From: Haliotis cracherodii
Taxonomy: Eukaryota
Length of the DNA stretch: 64,000 nucleotides
Direction: 5' to 3'
Assembly (NCBI RefSeq): GCF_022045235.1
Contig: NW_027266275.1
Location: 71,858,001 to 71,922,000 of the forward strand
The notes under the pieces are model-generated. The model was not told the origin of the DNA and did not search any database. It saw nothing but the letters and a program-made list of their open reading frames with translations. Positions 25,178 through 37,696 of the stretch are shown here, piece after piece. Each line of letters starts with the position of its first letter. Positions within the stretch are counted from its first letter, which is position 1. Position numbers and translations under genes: made by a program.

Positions 25178-25326
25178 GGGCGGTCGGGTAACCTAGTGGT
25201 TAAAGCGTTCGCTCATCACGTCGAAGACCCGAGTTCGATTTCCGACATGGATACAATGTGTGAAGCCCATTTCTTGTGTCCCCCGCCAGATAATGCTGGA
25301 ATATTGCTAAACACTCATTCACTCAC
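25178..25326 (+). mobile_element. Short tRNA-derived SINE (same family as 10847-10995)
   Basis: GGGCGGTCGGGTAACCTAGTGGTTAAAGCGTTCGCTC..GAGTTCGATTTCC..GCTGGAATATTGCTAA. Confidence 0.8.
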
Positions 25327-25994
25327 CAAAGCAAGACACTCAATGTGAGCACCAGTATTATGATGCAGTTGTATTGACAGAATTATACACAAAATAACCA
25401 ATTAAATTGTTAGGACTCATGAAGTAGACATTGAACCGGGTAGCAATGTTACACATGAAAGCCTGCTTGCAGCTTTGTGTGGTGGGAGTGATTCTGGGGA
25501 ATTAATATCAGTGAGACTTCAGAGCCATATGTTTGGTGGTTCATATTTGAACAACAAATGGCACTTAAGAAACTCGAAAAGGAGAAATGGAAGTTTGAGA
25601 CAGAACAAGAAAGGCAGAACAAGGAGTTTAAAAAGTTGCGGTTGGTTCAATAGTTAAGCCCCAAGGAACTGGACGGAGGAATGCCACGATGGTCAGTCAC
25701 GACAATGAACAAAGTGGGTCTGATTTCCGGATCAATGATTGCTACAGATAGGTTCGTAATTGTGTTAAATCAGAAGTAGATATATGTTTTCAGCAGTTTG
25801 AGTGTGTCGCTAGTTAAACTGGCCAGAATATGTGTAGCATATTTAACTCCAGAGCGTTTAAGGGTATGGTGACAAAGGTTTACTCAAAGAACGATTCATT
25901 AGCCAGGGATTAGGAATCTTTGAAAGCCACTGAGCTTCGGGCTAATCAGTTAACCAGTGAGGCGCAACGCCAGCAGCTTAGAAATCTGAAAAAG

Positions 25995-26266
25995 TGAGTT
26001 GGGTTTAACGCCGCTTTTAACAGTATTCCAGTTATTTCACGGCGTGTCAGCTTAATGTAGGCGGAAAGCCCGAAGTGATGCAGGTCACAGACGTTTACCA
26101 CTTTGGTGAAACCTTAGAACACAGGTATGGTGCTGACAAACCTAGATTCACAAATCGTGGCGAACCGGGGTTCGAACCCACAATCATAGGTTTCTGGCCT
26201 GCTGAAGGGACGCAACTCTGCACAGCGAATCGCGGCGCCTTAGACGATTGGGCCACCCGTGCCCCC
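25995..26266 (-). mobile_element. tRNA(Leu/Ser-like)-derived SINE with long A-B box spacing
   Basis: Minus strand GGGGGCACGGGTGGCCCAATCGTCTAAGGCGC...GTGGGTTCGAACCCC. 13-bp TSD AAATCTGAAAAAG at 25982-25994 and 26267-26279. Confidence 0.9.
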
Positions 26267-26817
26267 AAATCTGAAAAAGGGCATTCTGAGTCTTACTGTC
26301 AGTTTGTTTGACAAGTGGTCAAGGGTGAGAATTATTCCAAGTTGAGGGTGATGTTTTTTCTTGAAGAGGTGAAAAGTAGTAAGCCTACTAGTCTCAGGAT
26401 GCATTTGGGGGTTCAAAATATTGTCATATTACAAGAGGTATCGGTTACTGCTGACTGCTAATGACTGCAGGATATCAGGAAAGTCAGGTTTCTTTCAAAA
26501 CTCTTACAAATCAGGATTTACAGAAGAAAGTGGTAGTATATATGTTTGGGCTAATTCGAGTTCTAACAAGTCTTGTCAGCCTTCCTTGTTTGAATCGGCG
26601 AGACCGTTCAAACCAAAATGTGGTTATTGTTCTATAACCAATCATCTAATTGCTGACTGTTCGGCCCAAAGGAGGATAATCAGAAAGTTGTAGGGTTTGT
26701 GAATTATTGAAAGCAGCGTTTCAGGCTATGTCAGGGAAAATATGTTTGTCAGAGCACTATTTGTGAGGTTAAGTAAAATTGTTATCATCGAGTGATTGGG
26801 TGAGGGTAAGACATTGA

Positions 26818-28007
26818 GGCAAGTAGTTGGCATCTCCATGGGCACCAATTGGGCTCCCCTTCTTGCGGATCTGTTTCTTTGTGGGCCGCCTCCGTGGTCT
26901 AATGGTAGAGCGTCCGCCCGGAGAGCGGAAGGTCCGGGGTTCGATACCCGGCCGCGTCATACCAAAAGACGTTAAGAGATGGTACTTGTTGTTACCCTGT
27001 CTGGCGCTCGGCATTAAGGGGCTAAAACAAGGACTGGTCGGCTCGGAGTCAGTATACTGTGTCTGAGTGGGGTATTCATGTTAAACTGCGGCATGGTATC
27101 TCAGTGTGCTAGCACTATAAATCGGCATCAGTCCGGACTAGTACAAGCAGCCACACACACACATATACACGTGCATGCACGTCGCTATATAAGTGCAATA
27201 ATCTTGGACGCGACGTTAAACCCCATTTCACTTCACCTCACCTGTTTCTTTGTGCATATGAATTGGAATTTATGTTCAGATTGGGTCAAAACAAGTCAAA
27301 ACAAGTTAATTCGGCCAAGAAGTTCAACTTAAGCTTCAGGTATATTAATGATATGATATCGTCCAATAACAATCAAATAGCCGTTTCCCTTCCACTGATT
27401 TACCCACCTGAACTAGAAATAAAAGAGACCAGTGATATCTATGCATAAAGATTGAGAGTAACAAAACACTCACACACCATAAGACAGGGTGGATGACTTT
27501 AACTTTCTAATAGTGAACTTGCCCTTCATGTTGAGCAACATTCCAGAAGCTCTAGCCCTGTGTGTTTACATTTCACAACTTTTGAGATACAATCGTGAAT
27601 GCTCTTTCTACAAAGATTTCAAAGAGCATCACACGGCTGTTGCTCAGAAGTTGTTTGATCAAGGTTACAGCGTTCAAGGCCTCACTAAAGCTTTCAATAG
27701 TTTTATGGTAGACATGTGGAGGACATTTCCAAATTTGACAAAAATGATGAGCGATGCAATTACTTATTTTGACTTGTACCATATGTTTCCGTGTTTTTTA
27801 GATAAACAATTGACTTGCCTTTGCATGTGTTTGTGACGGATGCCACCAGTTGAGCAGGACACGCTCACCTTTTCGCGAACATGTGGTATCATCACTATTT
27901 GATAATAATTCATAAACACATGTACACGATATAGTCGGAATCGCACCATTGACTCTGCTTTTAGCAGACATTTCTTATGAATATGGAAAGGGCTTTGTCG
28001 CTTCTAT
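26818..28007 (+). mobile_element. 5'-truncated Penelope-like (Naiad-type) retroelement
   Basis: QVVGISMGTNWAPLLADLFL, FRYINDMISSNN, IYPPELEIKET, DDFNFLIVNLPFMLSNIP..VYISQLLRY. Confidence 0.85.
26884..27241 (+). mobile_element. Full-length MetaSINE-like element inserted into the Naiad RT
   Basis: 13-bp TSD CTGTTTCTTTGTG at 26871-26883 and 27242-27254; near-identical to 6984-7374. Confidence 0.92.
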
Positions 28008-28589
28008 TTCCATGTTTAGAGATACAGGAGCTAGGCAGAGTGCGATTGTTGCTAGGACAGTGCCCGACCGGTCCAAAAGTCGTCATTGGGATGAGTGGCG
28101 GGTCCCAGGTGTTCAGACCTTGTTGGGTAACCACTTGCCTGACCGTAGCTGTCAGCATTGGTCTAATCAGTCCCAAGACGTTTAAGGTTGTCCCGGTGAG
28201 AAAAGGTTTAGACTGAAAATTATATCTGTACTGTCCATGGCTAGGAAGGTCTAAGGTAACAGACTGATAGCCAGAGTGAATACTTCTTCGTTCGTGAGGG
28301 AGTGTTAATGAGAAAAGAATCTTCTCAGGAAAACCTAGATGAGGGGGTGTAAGTATGCACCGTTTCATGATGGTCATATTACTTGTGTTAGCTAAATTGC
28401 TAACCCGTAGGATAGGATTAGAAGTTGTTAAAAAAAAACACTTAACAGCTTTGGCTAGCAGCTTGAGGTGAACGACTACCCGAGTGGAGATTGTCTACCT
28501 CGAGTTCACAGACGCTGTCCAGCTGTGTATACACAGTGTGTTTTTTTGTTTTTGTTTTTGTTTATTTGTTACAGAACGCTGCACTTTGT

Positions 28590-28695
28590 AACAGCGGTCT
28601 GTAAGTAATCGAGTCTGGATAAGACAGTCCAGTGACTGACATCATGAGCATCGATCCACACAATTGGGATCAACCAAGTCAGCAAGCCGATCCCG
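28590..28695 (-). mobile_element. Fragment of the AAAC-tailed SINE-like repeat
   Basis: Reverse complement of part of 53110-53240. Confidence 0.65.
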
Positions 28696-28759
28696 TGTAA
28701 TATAAACTATACTGAACAACAAAAGTTCCTGTGACATTGAATAAGATTTAATGCAAAGT

Positions 28760-29714
28760 TTTTACAGCGTCTCGATTGAACACTTGCATGATCCAGATGG
28801 TCAGAAACACATAGATGGAGCTCATCACAAACAGGCCAAGAAGGAAGATAGTAAATACGGGTATACTGTCAGCGTTCTGAGGCAGCAGTCCAGTGATAAA
28901 GGACTGGGAGACCGTGAACGACAGCAGCACTGTGATGGCAAAGGACAGCTTCCCCCCAGACTCCACAGGAATGAGGAACACCACCACATTGACTAATCCC
29001 AGCATCAGGACAGGCAGGGACGGCTTTCTCTTCAAGGTCATATTGAAGTATACAAATGAAAAAGATCCCATATGATCAAAGACAACTCTTGCAGACGATG
29101 TGTTAAAAACATCCCATTGACTGTTTGTGATAAGGAATTGTTGTCAAATAAAGTTACTCACAGGTTTAAAATTTTGTTCATGTATGGGGAGTCCCCAAAC
29201 AGACAATTTGTAAAAACAGTTGTGTTCATCTGATGGAAAGTTGGTAACATACATTTGACAGAGAGTCTTGAAAATATCTGATGGTTGCAAAGTCACCAAA
29301 CCGTTTGCCTGAACATTAATTATAGCAAAATTTAGTCCGGGGGGTGAAGCCGTATCCACCACGTTGCTAACCGTGATTTGAGGTCGCCACACCTTCCCAG
29401 AGTAAGGACTTATTTCACGGGCTCCTCCATAATCGCTTGCGTTCCAGGTTAGGAACTCATCTTTCCATGACACAGCAAAGAAGCCATTGGATATCACTGT
29501 CTGAGTAACAGCAACAAAATCAGAGATACTAGTCAGGTGATTGTCTATCCAGACAGTTGTGGTGTCACTGCTGTTTCTGAAAGGGCGGATCAAGGGATTG
29601 TTGTATTTGATGATGTCGTTGTGGAGTCGACGTATATGATGGTCATCCTGGACAGTGGCAGTTGTCTGACGCATCAGTAGACACAGTCAAGAAAGCAAAG
29701 GCATTTTTATACAT
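28760..29714 (-). pseudogene. nAChR-like pseudogene (subfamily A, locus 4), 3'-truncated
   Basis: Frameshifted leader from ATG 29714; ECD with CQMYVTNFPSDEHNC and a stop at 29144; in-frame deletion in M1 (KRKPSLPVL); GEK changed to GGK; homology ends just after M3 (FNRDAVK). Confidence 0.9.
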
Positions 29715-31070
29715 GCACCTAACATCGTGACGCGGCCAATTGCTCAAGCTAAACACGTCCAGTTGCTGCAACTGTTTTACATCAGTGTTAACATAGGGTA
29801 ATTGCATGTGAACTCTGAAGTGATGTTTATAAACAAGTAGGTTGTGTCAACAGAAGTTATGGAAGTCACATTCTATTCCAATCAACAACTTAGTTCCTTT
29901 TCGGACCTTGTGTTTACTATCCATTCATTCATTTTTCAAATATTTATTTACTGTAATGATTAATAAAGAGTTAGATGACAAATCCTATGATGCCCGTTGT
30001 CCTTGCTCATCTTGTCTTGGGAACTGCCTCATCATCTCCATGTCAACGGCTGGCAAATTACGTATCTGGCCATAAGTATTGATGGAACTATGTGAGAAAA
30101 CAAATAAACATATAAAGTTTCCTTAAAATTCGTACATGACCCGTGTAGATCTGCTTAGAAAAGAGGTCTTCACCAACTCATAATTTTGTTTGAGTATTTA
30201 TATTGTTTGAACTAAGCATCGATTTTATGCGAAACAGATGTGGTGGTAAACCCAAACGATTCCATGTCATCATGTGCAATGCATGACAGAGTATTTACTT
30301 TGCTGTTATATTTTGCTGCTGGCTTAGTGATGTATTACTTAACTGGATATTGTTGTGAATCGACTCATAACTCAGAAATCTGTACGTAAAAGAATTTAGT
30401 GTGAAACCAACAAACAAACAACAAATGTGTTACAAAATCAACTAGGTTTACAAATCAATGCAAATTACTTCGCAGCAATTAGAATGGCAGTACACAATAG
30501 AGTGGCAGTACGATATTCAATGGCAGTATAAAATGTGAGAGCAGTGGAAATGACAAGCATAATAATCACCTCGCTGCAACAGTGATCAAGCTTTCAGCAC
30601 TTTCAACACAGTGCTTAAGCAGTCCAGTGTCACAAGAACATCACGGAATATTCCACATGTTGCTATAATGCTTAACATCCATCCATGCTATTCTGGACGT
30701 TTACAAATACTTTGGGCATCCAAATATAACAACTTCCTCACCACAGCGAACATTTAAAAGTGCTACATTCATGACAACTAATCATTGTCAAAATACAATG
30801 CACTGAACTTCTATCGAATCTCATCAGAAACCGATGTAATAACGATACAAACACTGTGTAACAATGAGTTTGAAATATATCCCCTAAATCACAACTGGGA
30901 TTAAAACGTCTACCTCACACCCATGATCAAATCACCTTCAATCAACTACAATCTGGTGACATGTGTTAATGTCAAGACAGAAGGAACAGGCACACTATCC
31001 AATGAACAAACCTGGAATAATCATTTAAATGTCAGCCATTTGTCCCAAGGTCTATGGATGTCCACTGCTG

Positions 31071-31777
31071 CTTTCTGTTCAGTCCTGGTAGTAACACTTC
31101 AGTCTTGTACCCACATCACCCTTGCTGTTCAGTCCTGGTAGTAACACTTCAGTCTTGTACCCACTTCACCCTTGCTGTTCAGTCCTGGTAGTAACACTTC
31201 CGTCTTGTACCCACATCACCCTTGCTGTTCAGTCCTGGTAGTAACACTTCAGTCTTGTACCCACATCACCCTTTCTGTTCAGTCCTGGTAGTAACACTTC
31301 AGTCTTGTACCCACCTTACCCTTGCTGTTCAGTCCTGGTAGTAACACTTCAGTCTTGTACCCACATCACCCTTGCTGTTCAGTCCTGGTAGTAACACTTC
31401 AGTCTTGTACCCACATCACCCTTGCTGTTCAGTCCTGGTAGTAACACTTCCGTCTTGTACCCACATCACCCTTGCGGTTCAGTCCTTGTAGTAACACTTC
31501 AGTCTTGTACCCACATCACCCTTGCTGTTCTGTCCTGGTAGTAACACTTCAGTCTTGTACACACATCACCCTTGCTGTTCAGTCCTGGTAGTAACACTTC
31601 AGTCTTGTACCCACATCACCCTTGCTGTTCAGTCCTGGTAGTAACACTTCAGTCTTGTACCCACATCACCCTTGCTGTTAAATCCTGATAGTAACACTTC
31701 AGTCTTGTACCCACTTCACCCTTGCTGTTCAGTCCTGGTAGTAACACTTCAGTCTTGTACCCACTTCACCCTTGCTG
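31071..31777. repeat. 50-bp minisatellite, about 14 copies
   Basis: CTTGCTGTTCAGTCCTGGTAGTAACACTTCAGTCTTGTACCCACATCACC repeated. Confidence 0.97.
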
Positions 31778-32445
31778 GAAGCTGACATACCCTCAATCCC
31801 TCGCATCCCCACCTCTGTGGTTGCACTGACCTCGTCTCATCCCCTCGGCTGTTTAAATAGATCTGGTGAGCTTTTTGAGTTTCGTATATGATATTCCAAC
31901 GAATTAATACGCCATTGTTAACAGGGAATACCAGGGAGAACGCCAAAAGACAATCTAAACAAATCCGACTTAGAGTAAAATGAGTCATCAATTAACACAC
32001 TTTGGAACAAGAATTTCGGTGAAATAAGTACAATTTCAATTACAAATGAAATTTGAAGTATGTACAGGTAATCAAAACGAATAGGTCTAGTCACAACCAC
32101 GTTATCAAAATCCTACCATGACACTAACGAATCCATAATGAAATATTGAAACTTGCCAGAAAATAGAACCTTTAAGTCCCCAGATAACTATTGTAACTCT
32201 TCACCTGTCAAAACCAAAGAAGGATCACATACACCCTTTCAATAGTGCCATGCTGTTGTATTTCAAAACCTCAAACCTCAAACCACAATCCTGTTTAACA
32301 ACTTCTACATCACTGTACATGCAGGCAACAGATATGTTTCACCTCTGTACACAATTACTGTTTTCACTATTGATGATGACCATATGCCTTCCCTATGTAC
32401 CTGATACATTACTGAACATATTCTACAGATGACAGTTTAATTTCA

Positions 32446-33699
32446 TTACTTATATATCTTGAACACAGTGACAGCCATCAGTGACACGACGAGGAGGAGG
32501 AATAACCAGAAAAAGAATTTGTCCATGGCTTCACTCACTCTTTTCCATTGCACTTCACGTCTGGGAAGCCTTTCACTTCCTCGCGTTGACTTGTCAATGT
32601 ACCCACTAGGAGATATGTCCGACACATCCTGACCCCCGGTTGTGTGTATCCTGTTGCTGCCACAACATCCCTTCTGACCGCCCAGCAGTCTATGCACCCA
32701 GAGTGGAACGGGCCACTTGTTAGAGTCTCTATGGAATACCTTGATGACCCAGATAGTAAGCAGCACATAGAGAGAGCTCAAGAGGAACAGTCCAGCCATG
32801 AGAAGGGTGAATATTGACAGGCTGTCAGCACTTTGGGGCAGCATGTTGGTGATGAAGGACATGAAAACAGCAAATGACAGCAGCACTGTGATGGAGAAGG
32901 ACAGTTTCTCCCCCGACTGCACTGGGATGAGGAACACGACGATGTTGAGGAAGGAAAGAAGCAGGACAGGCATCACGACAGTCAGGATCTTCATGGACGG
33001 TTTCCTCGTCAGCTGGAGATGGTAGGTGATGTGGGCGATCTGAAAGAATGACACAAATTGTGTGTGTCGAGTGGCCGAGGTGTTGGTGATGTCCCACTCG
33101 CTGTTCACATTGTAAATGTCGAGACCAATGGAGTTGTCGACTGGGAATAGATCAACGGTGTCGATGGTGTCAGCCCAAACGAAAATATTAAAGGAACATG
33201 TCTGAACGTCGAAGGGGAACTTGGTTACATCCATTTTACAACTTGTCTTGAATGTGTCTCCAGGATACCAGGTTAGGCTTCCAGTGAAGAAGAGAACCAA
33301 GATGCCAAAATCAAGGCCCAAAGGCTTCATCTTGTCCACCGTGTTCTGCACCGCTACCCTCGGCTTCCATACCCGATCAAACGCTGGCCTGATGTCCGTC
33401 ACACCGCCATATAGAGTTGGGTTCCATGTCAGGATTTCATCATCCCATGTGACCTCCATGTAACCGGTGGAAGCTAGAGCCTCTGAGACTTCACCAAACT
33501 CTGTAATAGCCACAAGGTTAAAGGTGATGGAGACTTGGGTCACATGTGTTTTGTTACGAACAGGGCGGATGTTCGGGTTGTTAGACTCGATGATGTCACT
33601 GTAGAGTTTCTGCTGAAGGATGTAGTCATCAACACAGTCACCGACCCCAGTTATTGCCAGCAGTGTAGCAACCAAATGTATCCAAATGTCTTCTCGCAT
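32446..33699 (-). CDS. Intronless non-canonical nAChR-like Cys-loop subunit (subfamily B, locus 5)
   Basis: Open ORF. Likely start MREDIWIHL.. at 33699 (upstream ATG at 33729). Cys-loop CKMDVTKFPFDVQTC, GEKLSFSITVLLS, four TMs; loop C TRHTQFVSFFQIAH lacks CC. Confidence 0.95.
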   Translation of the reverse strand: MREDIWIHLVATLLAITGVGDCVDDYILQQKLYSDIIESNNPNIRPVRNKTHVTQVSITFNLVAITEFGEVSEALASTGYMEVTWDDEILTWNPTLYGGVTDIRPAFDRVWKPRVAVQNTVDKMKPLGLDFGILVLFFTGSLTWYPGDTFKTSCKMDVTKFPFDVQTCSFNIFVWADTIDTVDLFPVDNSIGLDIYNVNSEWDITNTSATRHTQFVSFFQIAHITYHLQLTRKPSMKILTVVMPVLLLSFLNIVVFLIPVQSGEKLSFSITVLLSFAVFMSFITNMLPQSADSLSIFTLLMAGLFLLSSLYVLLTIWVIKVFHRDSNKWPVPLWVHRLLGGQKGCCGSNRIHTTGGQDVSDISPSGYIDKSTRGSERLPRREVQWKRVSEAMDKFFFWLFLLLVVSLMAVTVFKIYK

Positions 33700-34760
33700 A
33701 ATTTTGAAACGGATGAATCGCAAACACATGCGTGATAGATCTATAGCTGTGTCATAATGTGTGTTGTGATAATTTCAGCTATAGTTCACCGGTCCTCTGT
33801 AGACTTCTCGATGGTAGCACTGTGAAATCATTGACCATGCGTGTCTGTTTATGGTTATAACGATCAACTAAAGAATCCTGCCACTCCCATTTCCACTATT
33901 TAATATAAGAAGTAAATCTTCCTTTTCCAGAAAACGATTGATGACAGATATATACATTCAATATGTTGATAGTAAAGAGCTGCTTCCATCTTGACACAAT
34001 GACAATGACATTTTTAGCCTTTAAAACATTCCAGCGATTATTCGTTCGATGTTTGGACTTGTTTTACTTCTGTGGTAACAAATGAATTTCGATTACCAAT
34101 AATTGATCAGGAGCTGAGATATCACTCTGCGACTCCATGGTTACATACATGCTAAAAGAGTAACTGAGGGGTTTTAGAATAGGATCACATGACAGATCTC
34201 TATGTTTTCAATAATGTGAAAACATACCAACATTACTTGCTCCGTAGGAACACAAGACTGTAATCCAACCTTTACAAATCCTCCAACACCAATACAATGG
34301 TATCTCCCTGATGTTAATATCTATCCAAGCATTAAACTTTTCTTCCACAAAAGAAGGTAAGCAATTTATTTGAGCTATGTGCCAACTGTACTTCGATTAT
34401 ATATAACATGGCTAATGATTATTGGATCAGTATAGGACGAATGTATTTTCCCCTGCTGTTAATGTCTTCATGAAAGCAAATATCTCTCCACTGGTAGCCA
34501 AGCAAACCACTGACATATTTGTTCCTGGGAGTGTTAACACCAATGATAATCCATTCATTCCTACTCCGACTGTCGTTTTACCAAGCCACTTATTAATGTG
34601 TTTTGCACATGGTGGATTTTGAAAATGAACATTCCGATGGAGTTTTCTTCTCAGGAAAAAAAGCACTTAAAGCATACACCTCTATTGCTGTCACCCTCGC
34701 GAACTGTTGTGCATCTCTACTGGGGAATGAGAATAGCCATTAAGTGTTTAGTAAACTACC

Positions 34761-35160
34761 AGACAATATGGGGTTACATCAAAAGTTTCGAAATTGTGAT
34801 GACAGTTATCAGATATATTCACGTGATTGAGAAGTAGCGTTTGCTTATTTTCAACACATGCGTATTTTGGACTTATAACACTACATTGATACATGTATAC
34901 ATTGAGTTAAAATCGCAAAGGCAGATTTTAGAAATTTTATGGAAGCTATTTTAAGATATGATCCAATCTGATTCTATGTGATGTCGATAGAAACGGTTAA
35001 GATATTGACTGCAGAGGACTTGGGTCACGGATAGATTTGACCATTTTATCACATTTGATACTGTTTATATCATTATTGCAATGTGTTCCACATATTATTA
35101 ATTGTGACATGTATTATATAAGGGATATCTTGAAACAGGCTTCATTCAGCTCCCATTGAG
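34761..35160. repeat. ~400-bp direct repeat, copy 1
   Basis: Near-identical to 35879-36278 (CATCAAAAGTTTCGAAATTG...CAGCTCCCATTGAG). Confidence 0.95.
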
Positions 35161-35607
35161 CAGAATCACAATTCCATCTGCTGTCACTTTAATGATCCCG
35201 AAGTCGAGTCCCAGAGGTTCAACACCATCTTCCATATTACGAACAGTTATGTTAGATCTCCACACCATCCCATAGTTTGGACTTATTTCACTGACTCCTC
35301 CATACTCGCTGGCGTTCCAAGTTAGGAACTCATCTTTCCAGAAAACTAAGAAAAACCCATTAGCTGTCACTGTCTGAGTCACTCCATCAAAATCAGACAT
35401 GCTGAGAAGATTAAGTTGTAACGAGACCGTGATAGTGGTACTGCTGTTCTTGACAGGTCTGACTTTTGGGTTATTGTTTTTTATGATGTCATTGTGTAGT
35501 CGAAGTATATGATGGTCATCTTGACCATTGACATTTAACAGTAAGAACAACAAACACAACCCATGAAGTTTCAAATTCAGGGGAAATCCTTCTTTTTTCT
35601 TGTACAT
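35146..35607 (-). pseudogene. 5'-half nAChR-like gene fragment (subfamily A, locus 6)
   Basis: ATG 35607 MYKKKEG.., signal peptide and ECD to KVTADGIV, then runs into unrelated repeat sequence before the Cys-loop. Confidence 0.85.
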
Positions 35608-35878
35608 CCGAGCTGCAAACAGCGTACACGTACACGTCATATGTTTCATGATGTGCAATCCTGGATGACATTGATACAAGTGACGAATGATAAACAGGAG
35701 CTGTGTTTATACAGTGGCTACCATTAATTTTGGTGTGTTGATGCAAACATAACCACAGTGTGGATAATGGCATGATCTATTTGTGTTGCTAATTTCTATG
35801 CCAAATGCTTCATGTTATACTTGTTCAATGACAATAGCCATGACAAACACAATATCCATAGCATAGACAATAGAGGAT

Positions 35879-36278
35879 AGACAATATGTGAAACCATCAA
35901 AAGTTTCGAAATTGTGATGACAGTTATCAGATATATTCACGTGATTGAGAAGTAGAGTTTGCTTATTTCAACACATGCGTATGTTGGACTTATAACACTA
36001 CATTGATACATGTATACATTGAGTTAAAATCGCAAAGGCAGATTTTAGAAATTTTAAGGAAGCTTATTTTAAGATGTGATCCAATCTGATTCTATGTGAT
36101 GTCGATAGAAACGGTTAAGATATTGACTGCAGAGGACTTGGGTCACGGATAGATTTGACCATTTTATCACATTTGATACTGTTCATATCATTATTGCAAT
36201 GTGTTCCACATATTATTAATTGTGACATGTATTATAAAAGGGGTATCTTGAAACAGGCTTCATTCAGCTCCCATTGAG
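35879..36278. repeat. ~400-bp direct repeat, copy 2
   Basis: Near-identical to 34761-35160. Confidence 0.95.
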
Positions 36279-36863
36279 GATTGGCTGCACATTCCACAGT
36301 GCCAGACTCCATAAGCCGGATGCTCAGACAATGCTGGAATAAGGTGCTATACCAGGGTATTAAACATCAGTAGCGGTTATAAGAAGATAGGGAAAATATT
36401 TGCAACATGATCTTCAATAGTAAATTTTGAATGAAGATTCACAGTAGATATTGTTGTAGACGACCACTTAGTGCTAAGATCACTATAGAATGGGTCCCAA
36501 TGTGTTAACAGCCAACACGGGAGATTGTTCATAAAGTGGTTGAATTTTATTCAATAATACAGCCAGCAAGGTGTTAGTGATCAAGGTTAAGGATAAGTGC
36601 TCCAGAATCAACATGGTAACATATGGAAACTTCAACAGAAGACACAGTCTTGAATATGTGACACATGGATACATCAACAAACTACTAAGTATTGAATATG
36701 CAACAGAAGAGACAGTTTTGAATATGTAACACACACCGACATCACCAGAAGACACAGTGATGAATATGTAACACACTGAAAAGAAGATACAGGGGTGAGT
36801 ATGTGACATATGGAAATGGAAAAGTGTATCATTCAGTTTACTAGTTTACAGGTCTTTGGCGTG

Positions 36864-37696
36864 TTAGAAATGTGCTATCTTAAGAAAACCAATCACTGTT
36901 GCTATGATGAACAGCGAGAGAAGGAAACAAAAGAAAACACTGTAAGCCAGTCTGCTGATCTGCATCCATGTCATTGATGGGGGATTCCATGATTCCTTTG
37001 ACATCCTTTCCTGTGTCAGGGTCTCCTGGTTTCCAACAGCAGGAGTGCCACAAAAGCATCCCTTCCAGGCCCTTGTTATACACCCCACCCAGGAGGGAAC
37101 AGGTCTGATGGCAGCGTCTCGATGAAACACCTGCACGATCCAGATGGTCAGAAACACATAGATAGAGCTCATTACAAACAGGCCAATAATAAAGATAGTA
37201 AATACGGGTATACTGTCAGCATTCAGAGGCAGCAGTCCAGTGACGAAAGACAGGGTTACCGTGAAAGACAGCAGCACTGTGATGGCGAAGGATGTCGAGT
37301 CGAGGTTCAACACCATCTACCATATTACGAACAGTTATGTAAGTTCTCCACACCATCCCATAGTCTTGACTTATTTCACTGACTCCTCCATACTCGCTGG
37401 CGTTCCAAGTTAGGAACTCATCTTTCCAGAAAACTAAGAAAAACCCATTAGCTGTCACTGTCTGAGTCACTCCATCAAAATCGGACATGCTGAGAAGATT
37501 AAGTTGTAACGAGACCGTGATAGTGGTACTGCTGTTCTTGACAGGTCTGACTTTTGGGTTGGTTTTTTTTCATGATGTCATTGTGTAGTCGAAGTATATG
37601 ATGGTCATCCTGACCATTGGCATTCAACAGTAAGAACAGCAAACACAACCCCTGAAGTTTCAAATTCAGGGGAAATCCTTCTTTTTCCTAGTACAT
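36864..37696 (-). pseudogene. nAChR-like pseudogene (subfamily A, locus 7) with a large internal deletion
   Basis: ATG-TAC-TAG nonsense at codon 3; +1 frameshift in the A-run at ~37563-37570; junction at ~37293 joins GVEP.LD directly to SFAITVLLS (about 408 nt missing relative to locus 2, 14478-14885); intact M2-M4 and KIAHF-stop. Confidence 0.92.

Larger units (their letters stand above)
25560..28200 (+). mobile_element. Decayed Gypsy LTR-retrotransposon gag-protease region interrupted by younger insertions
   Basis: EVDICFQQFECVA, LTSEAQRQQLRNLKK (compare YELVPEAYRQKFR), knuckle CGYCSITNHLIADC (~26620-26660), and protease FRDTGARQS..VPGVQTLLGNHL (~28010-28140). Confidence 0.7.

Noticed and set aside
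24084-31777. CRISPR-like arrays (49-bp and 50-bp repeats; also the 52-bp and 38-bp arrays)
   Set aside because: Head-to-tail units with no unique spacers, no cas genes, and a eukaryotic context.
32535-33463. Short antisense or alternate-frame ORFs recurring over the receptor genes
   Set aside because: Their recurrence simply reflects paralogy of the real CDSs.
35146-35679. Soluble acetylcholine-binding protein (AChBP)-like gene
   Set aside because: The ORF ends before the Cys-loop and loops B, F and C, so it cannot form a full ECD; it stops in unrelated repeat DNA.
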